Origin: Nemertoderma westbladi
Lineage: Eukaryota; Animalia; Xenacoelomorpha
Assembly: GCA_032718475.1 (NCBI GenBank)
Contig: JAUCBJ010007155.1
Span: forward strand, 1-64,000
Length of the DNA: 64,000 bases
Direction of reading: 5' to 3'
In this document: positions 1 through 13,400 of the stretch, piece by piece
Layout of the letters: the number at the start of each line of letters is the position of its first letter
Position numbering within the stretch: the stretch's first letter is position 1
Notes under the pieces: generated by a model
The model's input: the letters and a program-made list of their open reading frames with translations, nothing else
Database searches by the model: none
What the model was told of the DNA's origin: nothing
Translations under genes and position numbers: made by a program

Positions 1-3000
1 AACAACCACGCTATCTCATAACCTACCTCAGATTAAACAACCACGCTATCTCATAACCTACCTCACATTAAACAACCACGCTATCTCATAACCTACCTCA
101 CATTAAACAACCACGCTATCTCATAACCTACCTCAGATTAAACAACCAAACCACGCCTATCTCATAACCTACCTCTTTAACAACCACGCTATCTCATAAC
201 CTACCTCAGATTAAACAACCACGCTATCTCATAACCTACCTCAGATTAAACAACCACGCTATCCCATAACCTACCTCAGATTAAACAACCACGCTATCTC
301 ATAACCTACCTCAGATTAAACAACCACGCTATCCCATAACCTACCTCAGATTAAACAACCACGCTATCTCATAACCTACCTCAGATTAAACAACCACGCT
401 ATCCCATAACCTACCTCAGATTAAACAACCACGCTATCTCATAACCTACCTCAGATTAAACAACCACGCTATCCCATAACCTACCTCAGATTAAACAACC
501 ACGCTAACCCATAACCTACCTCAGATTAAACAACCACGCTATCTCATAACCTACCTCAGATTAAACAACCAAACCACGCTATCTCATAACCTACCTCTTT
601 AACAACCACGCTATCTCATAACCTACCTCAGATTAAACAACCACGCTATCTCATAACCTACCTCAGATTAAACAACCACGCTATCCCATAACCTACCTCA
701 GATTAAACAACCACGCTATCTCATAACCTACCTCAGATTAAACAACCACGCTATCTCATAACCTACCTCAGATTAAACAACCACGCTATCTCATAACCTA
801 CCTCAGATTAAACAACCAAACCACGCTATCTCATAACCTACCTCTTTAACAACCACGCTATCTCATAACCTACCTCAGATTAAACAACCACGCTATCTCA
901 TAACCTACCTCAGATTAAACAACCACGCTATCTCATAACCTACCTCAGATTAAACAACCAAACCACGCTATCTCATAACCTACCTCTTTAACAACCACGC
1001 TATCTCATAACCTACCTCAGATTAAACAACCACGCTATCTCATAACCTACCTCAGATTAAACAACCACGCTATCCCATAACCTACCTCAGATTAAACAAC
1101 CACGCTATCTCATAACCTACCTCAGATTAAACAACCACGCTATCTCATAACCTACCTCAGATTAAACAACCACGCTATCTCATAACCTACCTCAGATTAA
1201 ACAACCAAACCACGCTATCTCATAACCTACCTCTTTAACAACCACGCTATCTCATAACCTACCTCAGATTAAACAACCAAACCACGCTATCTCATAACCT
1301 ACCTCAGATTAAACAACCACGCTATCTCATAACCTACCTCAGATTAAACAACCACGCTATCTCATAACCTACCTCAGATTAAACAACCAAACCACGCTAT
1401 CTCATAACCTACCTCTTTAACAACCACGCTATCTCATAACCTACCTCAGATTAAACAACCACGCTATCTCATAACCTACCTCAGATTAAACAACCAAACC
1501 ACGCTATCTCATAACCTACCTCTTTAACAACCACGCTATCTCATAACCTACCTCAGATTAAACAACCACGCTATCTCATAACCTACCTCAGATTAAACAA
1601 CCACGCTATCCCATAACCTACCTCAGATTAAACAACCACGCTATCTCATAACCTACCTCAGATTAAACAACCACGCTATCTCATAACCTACCTCAGATTA
1701 AACAACCACGCTATCCCATAACCTACCTCAGATTAAACAACCACGCTATCCCATAACCTACCTCAGATTAAACAACCACGCTATCTCATAACCTACCTCA
1801 GATTAAACAACCACGCTATCTCATAACCTACCTCAGATTAAACAACCACGCTATCTCATAACCTACCTCAGATTAAACAACCACGCTATCTCATAACCTA
1901 CCTCAGATTAAACAACCACGCTATCTCATAACCTACCTCAGATTAAACAACCACGCTATCTCATAACCTACCTCAGATTAAACAACCACGCTATCTCATA
2001 ACCTACCTCAGATTAAACAACCACGCTATCTCATAACCTACCTCAGATTAAACAACCACGCTATCTCATAACCTACCTCAGATTAAACAACCACGCTATC
2101 TCATAACCTACCTCAGATTAAACAACCACGCTATCCCATAACCTACCTCAGATTAAACAACCACGCTATCCCATAACCTACCTCAGATTAAACAACCACG
2201 CTATCTCATAACCTACCTCAGATTAAACAACCACGCTATCCCATAACCTACCTCAGATTAAACAACCACGCTATCTCATAACCTACCTCTTTAACAACCA
2301 CGCTATCTCATAACCTACCTCAGATTAAACAACCACGCTATCTCATAACCTACCTCAGATTAAACAACCACGCTATCTCATAACCTACCTCAGATTAAAC
2401 AACCACGCTATCTCATAACCTACCTCAGATTAAACAACCACGCTATCTCATAACCTACCTCAGATTAAACAACCACGCTATCTCATAACCTACCTCAGAT
2501 TAAACAACCACGCTATCCCATAACCTACCTCAGATTAAACAACCACGCTATCCCATAACCTACCTCAGATTAAACAACCACGCTATCTCATAACCTACCT
2601 CAGATTAAACAACCACGCTATCCCATAACCTACCTCAGATTAAACAACCACGCTATCTCATAACCTACCTCTTAAACAACCACGCTATCTCATAACCTAC
2701 CTCAGATTAAACAACCACGCTATCTCATAACCTACCTCAGATTAAACAACCACGCTATCTCATAACCTACCTCAGATTAAACAACCACGCTATCCCATAA
2801 CCTACCTCAGATTAAACAACCACGCTATCTCATAACCTACCTCAGATTAAATAACCACGCTAACCCATAACCTACCTCAGATTAAACAACCACGCTATCT
2901 CATAACCTACCTCAGATTAAACAACCACGCTATCCCATAACCTACCTCAGATTAAACAACCACGCTATCTCATAACCTACCTCTTAAACAACCACGCTAT

Positions 3001-4065
3001 CTCATAACCTACCTCAGATTAAACAACCACGCTATCTCATAACCTACCTCAGATTAAACAACCACGCTATCTCATAACCTACCTCAGATTAAACAACCAC
3101 GCTATCTCATAACCTACCTCAGATTAAACAACCACGCTATCTCATAACCTACCTCAGATTAAACAACCACGCTATCTCATAACCTACCTCAGATTAAACA
3201 ACCACGCTATCTCATAACCTACCTCAGATTAAACAACCAAACCACGCTATCTCATAACCTACCTCTTTAACAACCACGCTATCCCATAACCTACCTCTTT
3301 AACAACCACGCTATCTCATAACCTACCTCAGATTAAACAACCACGCTATCTCATAACCTACCTCAGATTAAACAACCACGCTATCTCATAACCTACCTCA
3401 GATTAAACAACCACGCTATCTCATAACCTACCTCAGATTAAACAACCACGCTATCTCATAACCTACCTCCGATTAAACAACCACGCTATCTCATAACCTA
3501 CCTCAGATTAAACAACCACGCTATCTCATAACCTACCTCAGATTAAACAACCACGCTATCTCATAACCTACCTCACATTAAACAACCACGCTATCTCATA
3601 ACCTACCTCAGATTAAACAACCACGCTATCTCATAACCTACCTCACATTAAACAACCACGCTATCTCATAACCTACCTCAGATTAAACAACCACGCTATC
3701 CCATAACCTACCTCAGATTAAACAACCACGCTAACCCATAACCTACCACAGATTAAACAACCACGCTATCTCATAACCTACCTCAGATTAAACAACCACG
3801 CTATCCCATAACCTACCTCAGATTAAACAACCACGCTAACCCATAACCTACCTCAGATTAAACAACCACGCTATCTCATAACCTACCTCAGATTAAACAA
3901 CCACGCTATCTCATAACCTACCTCTTAAACAACCACGCTATCTCATAACCTACCTTTAAACAACCACGCTATCTCATAACCTACCTCAGATTAAACAACC
4001 ACGCTATCTCATAACCTACCTCAGATTAAACAACCACGCTATCTCATAACCTACCTCAGATTAAA
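1..4065. repeat. 35-bp tandem array (about 116 copies) derived from the XPNPEP1 exon 2 / intron 2 donor junction, distal block; runs off the left edge
   Basis: Unit AACAACCACGCTATCTCATAACCTACCTCAGATTA. On the minus strand it reads ATGAGATAGCGTGGTTGTTTAATCTGAG|GTAGGTT, identical to the exon end and donor at 7029-6995. Minor variants: CCCATA for CTCATA, CTCTTTAAC deletion, CCAAACC insertion. Confidence 0.97.
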
Positions 4066-6708
4066 TGTGAGTGATTAAATTCATCTATAAATTCCAGGGT
4101 TATGATCGCAACATTTGATGGGAATCCCAAGACAACAGTTATATGTTGCTACAGTCCAACCAATGCATCAGAGCCAGAAGCAGTCAAGTTTTATGAAGAA
4201 CTGACTGGACTTATTAAGGACATCCCGAAACACAATGTTAAAGTCATTGCTGATGACCTGAATGCGCAAATGGGCCCAGAAGACATCAAGGGTTACACCT
4301 ATAACACCAGTTCTAACAGAAATGGGTACTTACTTTTAGACCTAATGGAAGAATGTGAATTGATACCAACAAACAACACATTCGAAAAGAGTAAGGGGAA
4401 GCTATGGACCTTTCAATACCCTAATGGAACCAAAGCACAACTGGATTACATCCTTATAAACAAAAAGTGGAGAAATAGCATGATCAACTGCGAGGCATAC
4501 AGCTCGTTCAACCTAATTGGTTCGGACCACAGAATTGTGACTGCAGAGATCAGACTCAGTTTGAGAGCCAGCAAACCCAGGACAAGCAAGCAAATCAACT
4601 ATGACTGGGAGAAACTCAGAACTGACAATGCTGTAAAGGATGCTTATACAGTAGAAGTTCAAAACCGCTTTGAAGCACTTCAGTCAATGGATGAAGACCA
4701 ATCCACCGATTCAATATACCAGAATATAATAACAGCCCACAAGGAATCAGCTAAGAGGCATATCCCCCAGAAACCTAAACGAAAACAGTATGTGCCATGG
4801 CAAAACTCTGAGGTTACTTGTAAGAGAGAAGATCTTAAGATAGCCTACAAAGTTAAAACCGAACAACCAACAACCGAAAACATTAACAAGGTTGAGAAAG
4901 CTAAGGACGATCTTAAATTGGCCTACAACATCAGCCAGGAAAAGTACATACAGGATAAAACTGAAGCAATTACAACTGCTCACATACAGCAACAATCAAG
5001 ACTTACCTGGCAAACTGTAAATGAGGTATCTGGTCGGAAAAGTTGTGCAAAGGGGCGCCTCAAAGCCGATAGTCCTGAAGAACGTGTTGGGAAGTGGAAA
5101 AATCACTTCAGCAACTTGCTTGGGCAGCCACCAAACATCGAGGTCAGCCCTACAAGGAAAATATATGACAAGACACTACCTATAGAAACAGGGGACTTCA
5201 CACCTGCCGAACTCCAAAGAAGCATTAAAAGCATGTCCAATAATAAAGCGAGTGGATTAGATGAAATCCCAGCGGAGGTATGGAAAACCGGAGTGCTAAA
5301 TCGACCATTATTGAATGTTTGCAACCGGATGTTAAAAGGGGAAAAGCCACCACCAATTTGGACTAAAGGTCAACTAAAGCCTCTCCCCAAGAAAGGAGAC
5401 CTCGGCATACCAACAAACTATCGTGGGATCTGTCTGCTTGTGGTAGCTGCCAAAATATACAATAAAATGATTCTATATAGGATTAGGCCTCACATAGAGA
5501 AACTACTGCGTAAGAGCCAAAACGGATTTCGACCAAGTAGATCAACAATAGCTCAGATACTTGCACTACGGAGACTGATTGAAGGAATTAAGTCAAAGAA
5601 TCTCCCCGCAGTCATGACTTTTGTGGACTTCAAGAAGGCATTCGACTCCATCCATAGAGGTAAAATGCTTGAAATCCTAAGAGCTTATGGAATACCAGAA
5701 GTAATTGTTGCTGGCATTGGATTGTTATATTGTGACACAGAAGCGCAGGTACTCTCACCAGATGGTGAAACTGAGTTTTTCTCAATCCTGGCTGGCGTAC
5801 TGCAAGGTGACACATTAGCACCATTACTATTTGTAATTGTGCTGGATTACGCAATGAGGACGGCCATGCCACAAAGGGTGAAGATCTGGGATTCACACTT
5901 CAAGAACGCAGAAGTAGTAGATATCCGGCAACTACAGTCACAGACACCGACTTTGCGGATGACATCGCCCTGCTCTCTAATACGCTAGCAGATGCACAGC
6001 TTCTACTAAATAAAGTGGAGAGGGCTGCTAAGGAGGTTGGATTGCATATAAATGCTACCAAGACCGAATTCATGACCTTTAATGTTGATGGAAACTTGAC
6101 AACCATTGATAATAATCAACTAAGGAAGGTCGATGACTTCCAGTACCTTGGATCATGGATAGAGAGTAGCAAAAAGGACATAGAAGTTAGGAAAGCAAAG
6201 GCTTGGGTAGCTCTATCAAAAATGGATACCATCTGGAAATCAGATCTCTCCAGGCACCTGAAGACTAAGTTCTTTCGAGCCACAGTGGAAACTGGAAAGT
6301 GTATTTTTATACGGGGGTGAGACCTGGACACTGACTAAATCACTTGAACAACGAATTGATGGTTGCTACACAAGACTACTAAGGGCAGCCCTAAACATCA
6401 GCTGGAGACAACACATGACAAACGCCGAGCTTTATGGTACAATACCACCTGTATCAACCACCCTCCGTGAACGCAGATTAAGATTCAGTGGGCACTGCTG
6501 GCGAAGTAAAGACGAGGTCATACCAGATCTACTTCTCTGGCAACCAACTCATGGAAAGCGTAGTCGTGGACGACCTGCCATAACATATATAGATCAACTT
6601 GAAAGGGATACTGAACTTGGGAGAAACGAAATTGCGACAACTATGAAGAATCGGGAAGCCTGGAAGGATCTCATTTCCACTGTCCGAGTTCGCTCGACCT
6701 AGTAGTAG
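4066..6708 (+). mobile_element. 5'-truncated RTE-clade non-LTR retrotransposon (APE endonuclease + reverse transcriptase) with two frameshifts
   Basis: ORF 4102-5988 has APE motifs (CYSPT, LDYIL, SDHR) and RT motifs (QNGFR, DFKKAFDS, GVLQGDTLAPLLF). FADD lies in another frame after a frameshift near 5870, followed by FQYLGS. After a second frameshift near 6297 come LYGGETW and RRLRFSGHCWR. The stop runs directly into a (TAG)3 tail, as is typical of RTE elements. Confidence 0.93.
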
Positions 6709-7029
6709 TATCTCATAACCTACCTCAGATTAAACAACCACGCTATCTCATAACCTACCTCAGATTAAACAACCACGCTATCTCATAACCTACCTCAGAT
6801 TAAACAACCACGCTATCTCATAACCTACCTCCGATTAAACAACCACGCTATCTCATAACCTACCTCAGATTAAATAACCACGCTATCTCATAACCTACCT
6901 CAGATTAAACAACCACGCTCTCATAACCTACCTCAGATTAAACAACCACGCTATCTCATAACCTACCTCAGATTAAACAACCACGCTATCTCATAACCTA
7001 CCTCAGATTAAACAACCACGCTATCTCAT
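6709..7029. repeat. 35-bp tandem array, exon-proximal block (about 9 copies); the rightmost unit is the genuine exon end plus donor
   Basis: Same unit as 1-4065; merges seamlessly into the coding exon at 7002-7029 (codons for DEIAWLFNLR). Confidence 0.96.
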
Positions 7030-7393
7030 CCAAAGCCGTTATAAGAACGGCGCCGACTTTTTTACTCTCCATTTTGCTCCGCAACTCAGCGACTTTGGCG
7101 CGCCACGACCTGCCGGCGAACTCGATTCCGAGAACGGATACGGGTTGGTCCGGGGGGTCGGGTTTCCCCTCCCACACCGAATCTACTAGATTCGCCCACA
7201 CCGGCACCAGATGCAGACCCCCGGCGGAGAGCTCCTTGCTGAGTTTCTTCCACTCGGAGTGGGAGACCAGATGGGGGTCTGCCCCTACCGAGTCGCCCAA
7301 TCGCAACTCCGATATCAGCCATTCAGCCTCGCTCGGGGTCGACTCCTGACGTTGTTTCATCAGCACCCAATTATCGTCCAACTCGCTTTCCGC
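7002..7393 (-). CDS. XPNPEP1: Xaa-Pro aminopeptidase 1 (aminopeptidase P), coding exon 2
   Basis: Acceptor ttttttctgtggcag|GCG at 7393. Translates AESELDDNWVLMKQ...VGADPHL...NLVDSVW...ITALDEIAWLFNLR, matching the aminopeptidase P N-terminal domains. Donor AG|gtaggt at 7002/7001 (392 nt, phase 2). Later exons are outside the window. Confidence 0.92.
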
Positions 7394-8291
7394 CTGCCAC
7401 AGAAAAAAATTCCAACTCAACGTCACGTCAACTACTTAATCAGTAAAATGAGATTTCATAAAATAAAAATACTAATTTTTAATTTATGATAAATAATTGT
7501 ACATATAACCCCCCCCCCCCCCCCCCCCCCCCCATAGAGCACCAGGTGGGCGCTGAAAAGAGGAGAGACACAGTTATAGCAACTAGTTCCTTCCTTTACC
7601 CACAGTCTTATTTCTACTAAATTTAGTTGTTATATATTCTGTCCGAAATCTGATAAGCCAGTTGATAATTGGATATTGAGGCATATCCCATAAGACTCAT
7701 CCTGTTAACTCGCCGCTTACACAGCCAGAGCATATAGGGGAACAGTATTATAATTTCATATAAATTGGAATTTAATTGGATAATATTTTAAGGTTAATTA
7801 AGTCAGGGAATGCCTCTCCCTCCACCACCATTCACGAATGTGATCTTCCCATATATAGGGAGGGACTTACGACGCAATCAAAATTGATATCTCTCCAGGG
7901 CAAAATCGACGCAAATAAGAGCTTATTACTCACAAAATTAAAACTGTTACCTGGTCTAGTGACTTTAGTTTATTGTTTTGGTTATAATAAAGTTCCGATG
8001 TAACCTGCTCCTTTCTCTTAATTGATAATTTAACATCGAGATTAGATATTAATTCGAGATTAGATATTAATTCGAGATTAGATATTAATATCGAGGTGGG
8101 ATTTGCGTCAAGTCTGCTGTCTCAATCATCTGCATCCCCAGTACCCGGTGGGCCTATACAAAATAAACCTTTTCGATTTTGTATTTATTTATTTATAGTT
8201 CTGTTTAGTAATTAGTATCCATTGGTTTATACTTTACCTAATACCGGTACCTAATACAGTTATAGCGTGTCTGTATATAGCCTTACCCTAC

Positions 8292-8531
8292 CTGCAACCA
8301 ATAGCGTCCGTCGGTCCACAGAGCAGCGCTACTATTGGTAACCACGGCGACACCAGCGGAGCCAGTAAATCCCGTTATAAATTGTCTTCGTTTGTCGCAG
8401 TGCCGAATGTATTCGCTCTGGTGGGAATCTCCCGATGGTACGATGTAAGCCGATAATATTTCCTTAGAGTGAGTTTTCCCGACCATAACCTTACGCAATG
8501 CATTAAGCCGTGCGGCCATAATTGGTAACAT
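8292..8531 (-). CDS. XPNPEP1: Xaa-Pro aminopeptidase 1, coding exon 1
   Basis: [15 protein letters not shown]...[18 protein letters not shown]...[12 protein letters not shown] is the aminopeptidase P N-terminal signature. Donor CAG|gtaggg at 8292/8291, phase 0, in frame with exon 2. Start is ATG 8531 or 8519. Confidence 0.92.
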
Positions 8532-9419
8532 AGTTTGGTATTAATAACCTGATACCGGCTCCTGGGTATGCAGGTACAGAGGTAAGGGCTGTAATCTGGT
8601 AATGGCTGTATGGTGTTTGATAATTCAGCAGTACTCCGTATATAGGCCTAGCTCTAACAGTTTACCAACACTACTACTCGCACTCTTCACTCAACAGTAC
8701 AATTAAATTGATTTGCGATACTGTGGGTTTGGTTGGAGGAGGAGCAGAGCAGAGATGTAGAAGACTTTGACGAGTATGCCGAGGCTATGCGTAGCACCCG
8801 CGTAGCCACCGCGTAGGTGGTGAATAATATAATCCTATTTGGCCTGTGTACCGTACACCGTACGTAATGTGGCAAATTTCCTTAATTTTGTAAATGGGAA
8901 TATAAAAAAAATTAATGAAATATAATTCAATGCCGCGGACCGTGGACCCCTCTCTCACAATAAACAACGAGGGACTCTACGAGGTGGTCCATGGTCCCTA
9001 GTCCCCAGATATACATGATAGACAGTCATAGGCTGCGTCTTTGTTGGGACGGTAAGTTTAATCCTTTCTCCCTGATTTAAACATGTGTTAATCGGATTCA
9101 AAATACATTTCAACATAAAGAAATGCAGCATCTCCGTTTCTGGTATATTTCGGGTATAAATTTCACTAAATATAAAAACCCGTGGAGAACTCGTTAAGCG
9201 CACCGTAAATATGTATAAATATATATATATACTTATAAGCATGCAAAAAATATTAGAAATGTATTTTTTACCTACGATTAAAAGTAAAGTAATATCAATT
9301 TAACTATACAGTATAATGTTTTGATTGCCTAGTGATACTTATATGAAGAAAAATACAAAGGTAATTTATTGCAAACGCAAATACGGAATAAGTTTAATAA
9401 GTGAGTAGGATTGAGTTGT

Positions 9420-10060
9420 ACTTATTCCGGTATATCCTGGGCTACATGGTTTGTCTGGAGTGCCGCCCAAAAATGTGTCTAAATGAGCTTTGAAGGTATC
9501 GGAGGAACACTTGTGCTTGGTGAAGCACCCTTCTTGCTGAAGATTTGGAGGTGTTCAAACTTGTGACTGCATATTATTCAAATTTGCCCAGTTGTATACT
9601 GTATATGATTCAGATCAGCCTGGAGGTTCGAATAGTTTCCGAATGTGAAAGGTGCTGTGTGACTCTAGTGTCTTCAGCGAAAGAAGATACATGGTTAGTT
9701 GTGTTTACATTGGTATCTCCGATCATGATAATAAAGAGAAGAGGTACAAGGACTGTTCCCTGAGGAGCCCCGCTAATTATTCGGGACCAATCTGATACTG
9801 AAACGTTAACCGATACTTGTTGGATCCTGTTAGAGAGAAATTCTGCAATCTAGCAACCCAGGTAACCTCCTACAGTATACCAGGACTGCGAACTTTGTTG
9901 AGCAAGATACCATGGGCCACTTTATCGAAGGCCTTGGCAAATTCAAGGTAGATAATATCTGCCCCGTCATTTGTTTCTAAAAGGTCTCATATGTGGCTAT
10001 AATGTTCAAGTAGCTGAGAGACATAGGATCTGCCCCTTGGAATACCGTGCTGGAATATAT
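9420..10060 (-). mobile_element. Decayed CR1/L2/Jockey-group LINE reverse transcriptase fragment
   Basis: Minus-strand reading gives DIIYLEFAKAFDKV, SGAPQGTVLVPLLFIIMI and FAEDT (degenerate FADD), interrupted by stops and frameshifts. Confidence 0.7.
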
Positions 10061-10142
10061 TAAGTATGTGATCTGCCCCTTGGAATACCGTGCTGGAATA
10101 TATTAAGTATGTTAAGGATATGGAGGAAGGTTTTCATTATCA

Positions 10143-10976
10143 GAGGGGGAGTAGCACCCCCAAATTGAACCTCACATTTTTGTGTCTCTCAACCCTAAAA
10201 TTGGGAGAAAATTAATTTTTGTGTTACTAAACATCGTCTGGACTGTGTAAGAATAACCAAACCATATATTTTTAAAATTGACCCCAAAATGGCTCCGTAA
10301 TGGCCAAAAGTGCCTTTTTGCAATTTTGCAATTTTGAAATTTGTCGAAATTTGAAATATACGTTAAAGTTCAGATGAACCCTGCATACAATTATTTTGAA
10401 CAAATTTTGCCTCAAATGCTCTGGAGCCTTTTTAGAACAAAAAGGCCACAAAAAATGGCCTTTTTGATATATAAAGCCTCCAGGGCAATTCCAACCAAAT
10501 TTGTTCAGAAGAAGTATGGAGAAAGGTATTCTTAATAAGTTTACCAAATTTTAACTCATTTCAGTTAAAATTGGCGGTGAAAAAGCCTTTTTCATGAAAA
10601 AACGTCATTCTGAGATACAGTATGGGTGTTTAAAGTTTAAGGAACAATTCAAACCTTCCTGCTAATTTAGGTTACAATTTTTCTATGTTCAACAATAACA
10701 ACAACGTTTTAGCAATTTTATTCTTATCTGTACCGTTAGAGCCTTTATTATGAAAACGGCCCCGTACAATTTTAAAATATAGTGCTGTTCGAAAGGCTTG
10801 TCAAAAATCTGACTAGCTCTTACGTTTTGACGCAGTAATAACTAGAGTTCGAGAAAAGATATGAGAAAACTGCTTGCAAATTTGAAATCTCTATTAAATT
10901 CGCCACATGATTGCATAATTTTTCTTGTCAATTTCAAAAATAGGGGGGTGGGGGTGCTACCCCCCCCCCCCCCCCT
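10143..10976. mobile_element. Possible non-autonomous DNA element (MITE-like)
   Basis: GGGGGAGTAGCACCCCC near 10145 and the inverted GGGGGTGCTACCCCCCC near 10950 bracket an AT-rich non-coding interior; no TSD resolved. Confidence 0.35.
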
Positions 10977-11569
10977 TAATTTATTTTTGGTTGAAATATA
11001 ATCCATTAGTTTTTTTTCTGTTTGAAATATATTTCATTAATTTTTTTTCTCACTGGTTTATATTCCTGCAAATAAAACAAGGATAGTAATATACCAGCCA
11101 ATGAAACAACTTTTTTGGTACTGTGTATTACTGCTGCTATATACATAGGAGATTGTTCCCCTACTCGAGGATATATAGGCCTAGCAGGAGATTATGCCAC
11201 CAGTCAGAATATCCTAGGAAATTATGCCCCTCTTAGGAGATTATGGCCCCACGAGACTATGTCAGGTTGTACTGTTTAAAGGCCAATCAGTAAACAATAA
11301 AACTATAATTCTAACCAAAACATAAACGAGAAAATGAATATTCTACACACAGATAGACTTATATAGTTCCCCTGTCTGCCGCTAGGGGGCGAACTGACAG
11401 AAACGTAAAAGTAGCCGTAAATATAGAACCAACTATCAGATTCATCTGAAATTTGGTAGTAGTAACCTACGAGCATTGCTTAATTAGAAATTCTACACAA
11501 AGGCAGTTTTTTACAGTTCCTCTGTCTGCCGCTAGGGGGCGAATAGAGCTCCACCGACCCTATTCTGGA

Positions 11570-11890
11570 GCAGCGGTGTCGACTCAAGATGCTGCACTAG
11601 CGTACTGTCAGTGAGGAACGGAGGATGGCCTTTACCCCCCCTGGTCGGCACCACCGACGGTGCCTGGTGCGCTGAGGCCCAGATCCTTATCCACCATCTT
11701 GCTGAGAACCTCGTGGCGAGGCGAGATGGCATGCGAGAGAGGGGCCTGGCGTGCGTGTTGGGGGGTATTCGCCGGAGGTTGCAATTCGCACTCCTCCGGT
11801 CCAGCTCCCTCTGCCTCCGTGGCGGTAGACGATCCCGGCGAGGATTGGGTTTTGGGGATGGTGCTGGGATCCGAGGAGTTGGACTATAGC
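11570..11890 (+). mobile_element. 3' fragment of a CRE-like (restriction-like endonuclease) non-LTR retrotransposon
   Basis: GC-rich island translating PLVGTTDGAW..EAQILIHHLAE...IRRRLQFALLRSSSLCLRGGR...GLGFGDGA. This resembles the recalled C-terminus of CRE-clade ORFs (PLVxSxDG...RLSFAILR...CLRGSR). Confidence 0.55.
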
Positions 11891-13400
11891 GGCACGATAT
11901 TAAAACTTATAGGCCCTCTTCTGTACCCATCAATAAATTCTGAATTTATTTGATGTTGTGCTATAATTTGAGATATCGCTTATAATGCTTATCTAATTAT
12001 TTTTCAGGTTAATTTTCAGTGTAGACTTAACATATACCCAATATGGATTTGAATTGATGACAAATTAAATGGATGATTCAGTACCTCCCAACTGCACTAC
12101 ATAGTAAACTGGGTGATACGTAAAAGCTACAAGGGTTGCTCGCTCATGCATTATTTGCTGTTACTTTAATACACCGTTAGGGGGCATCTCCATATAACTA
12201 ATGCCTTAAAATGATGTTGATGCAATGGTTAGGTTGACAGGGTACAAAATGATAGTTTCACTTTGGTTTGATCCTGACCAATTAATTTGGATATAACCAA
12301 AAATACTAAGCCACAACTAGCAAAATGTGTGAACGAACCGCCCTCCGGTACCTGCAAAAAATGAATCTCGCCGACCTGAGAATCTCACCTGCGACGTACT
12401 GATCCTGGCCACAATGACTTATCCACGGGTTATTAATATTAAGACTGCATATTTAATAGTCCAATGTCGAAGGCAACCCCTATGCTGCACGGATGATCTA
12501 ACCGCTTACAGCGTTAGTTAATGAGAACTAAGTTCTCTCCAATCCAAAGAGCCAAATCAATTTTAATTTAATTTCATTTCGTTCAAATCCAATCAAGCCG
12601 AATGTATATTTAAGTAAAATATCAAGTAAAATAATTAAAATGGCCAACACATTACATAGACGATAGCATAATAAAAGTTACATGTCCAAGGTTCTATAAT
12701 TTATATGTATAATCTGTAGTTTTACCTATTTCAGTCCTGTTTAAGTGTTAAATGTGGAAAAAATACTCTAGAATGCGCTTGTGTTTTGCTATAAATCCAC
12801 CGGAACCAATTGAGTAGCGTTTTAATATAAAGTCTGCATTTATCACGTCTGTCGTTGTTGGTTCACCATGATTTAGGATTGATTTGATAGTTTCTTTGTG
12901 ATACTGGTGTAAGTAAATACATGGAATATAAGGATGGTAGGGGGAAGAGCATGAAGCTCTATAGTATGTACTACTACCGAGACCAATATATTTTATTCCC
13001 TTATGGAGGTTCTGTGTCATACATTGTTGTCAGCATTAGCTTTGATGTTGTCAGTCATACATTGTTCTGTGTCAGCATTTGGAGTTTATCGTGATCCAAT
13101 AATAGATCCGAACCTACTGGACGTGCAGTTAGTAACTATTCTACAAATTACTCAATCTTTCAATCACGTTTGAATAGATCCCTGCCGAGGGACGTAATAA
13201 AATATTAACGGGTATAAATCACATATTGTTATTCACTAAAATTAATTGGACCTGGATTTTGTCTATTTATTGATACATTAATTAATGTTCATGATGAATC
13301 ATACAGTTAATTATAATTATGCAATTGGTAACAAGCTAGCACAGTCATTGTTCCATATTGTTCCCTGCACTAATCCCCCCCCCCCCCCCCCCCCACTCAA

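Noticed and set aside
1-4065. Possible CRISPR array or telomeric repeat
   Set aside because: Head-to-tail units without unique spacers, no cas genes, eukaryotic context; the unit is explained by the XPNPEP1 junction and is not a short telomeric motif.
12300-13200. Possible decayed YqaJ-like or transposon coding remnant on the minus strand (TSSRFGSII)
   Set aside because: Only one short motif is recognisable among many stops; cannot be supported without a profile search.
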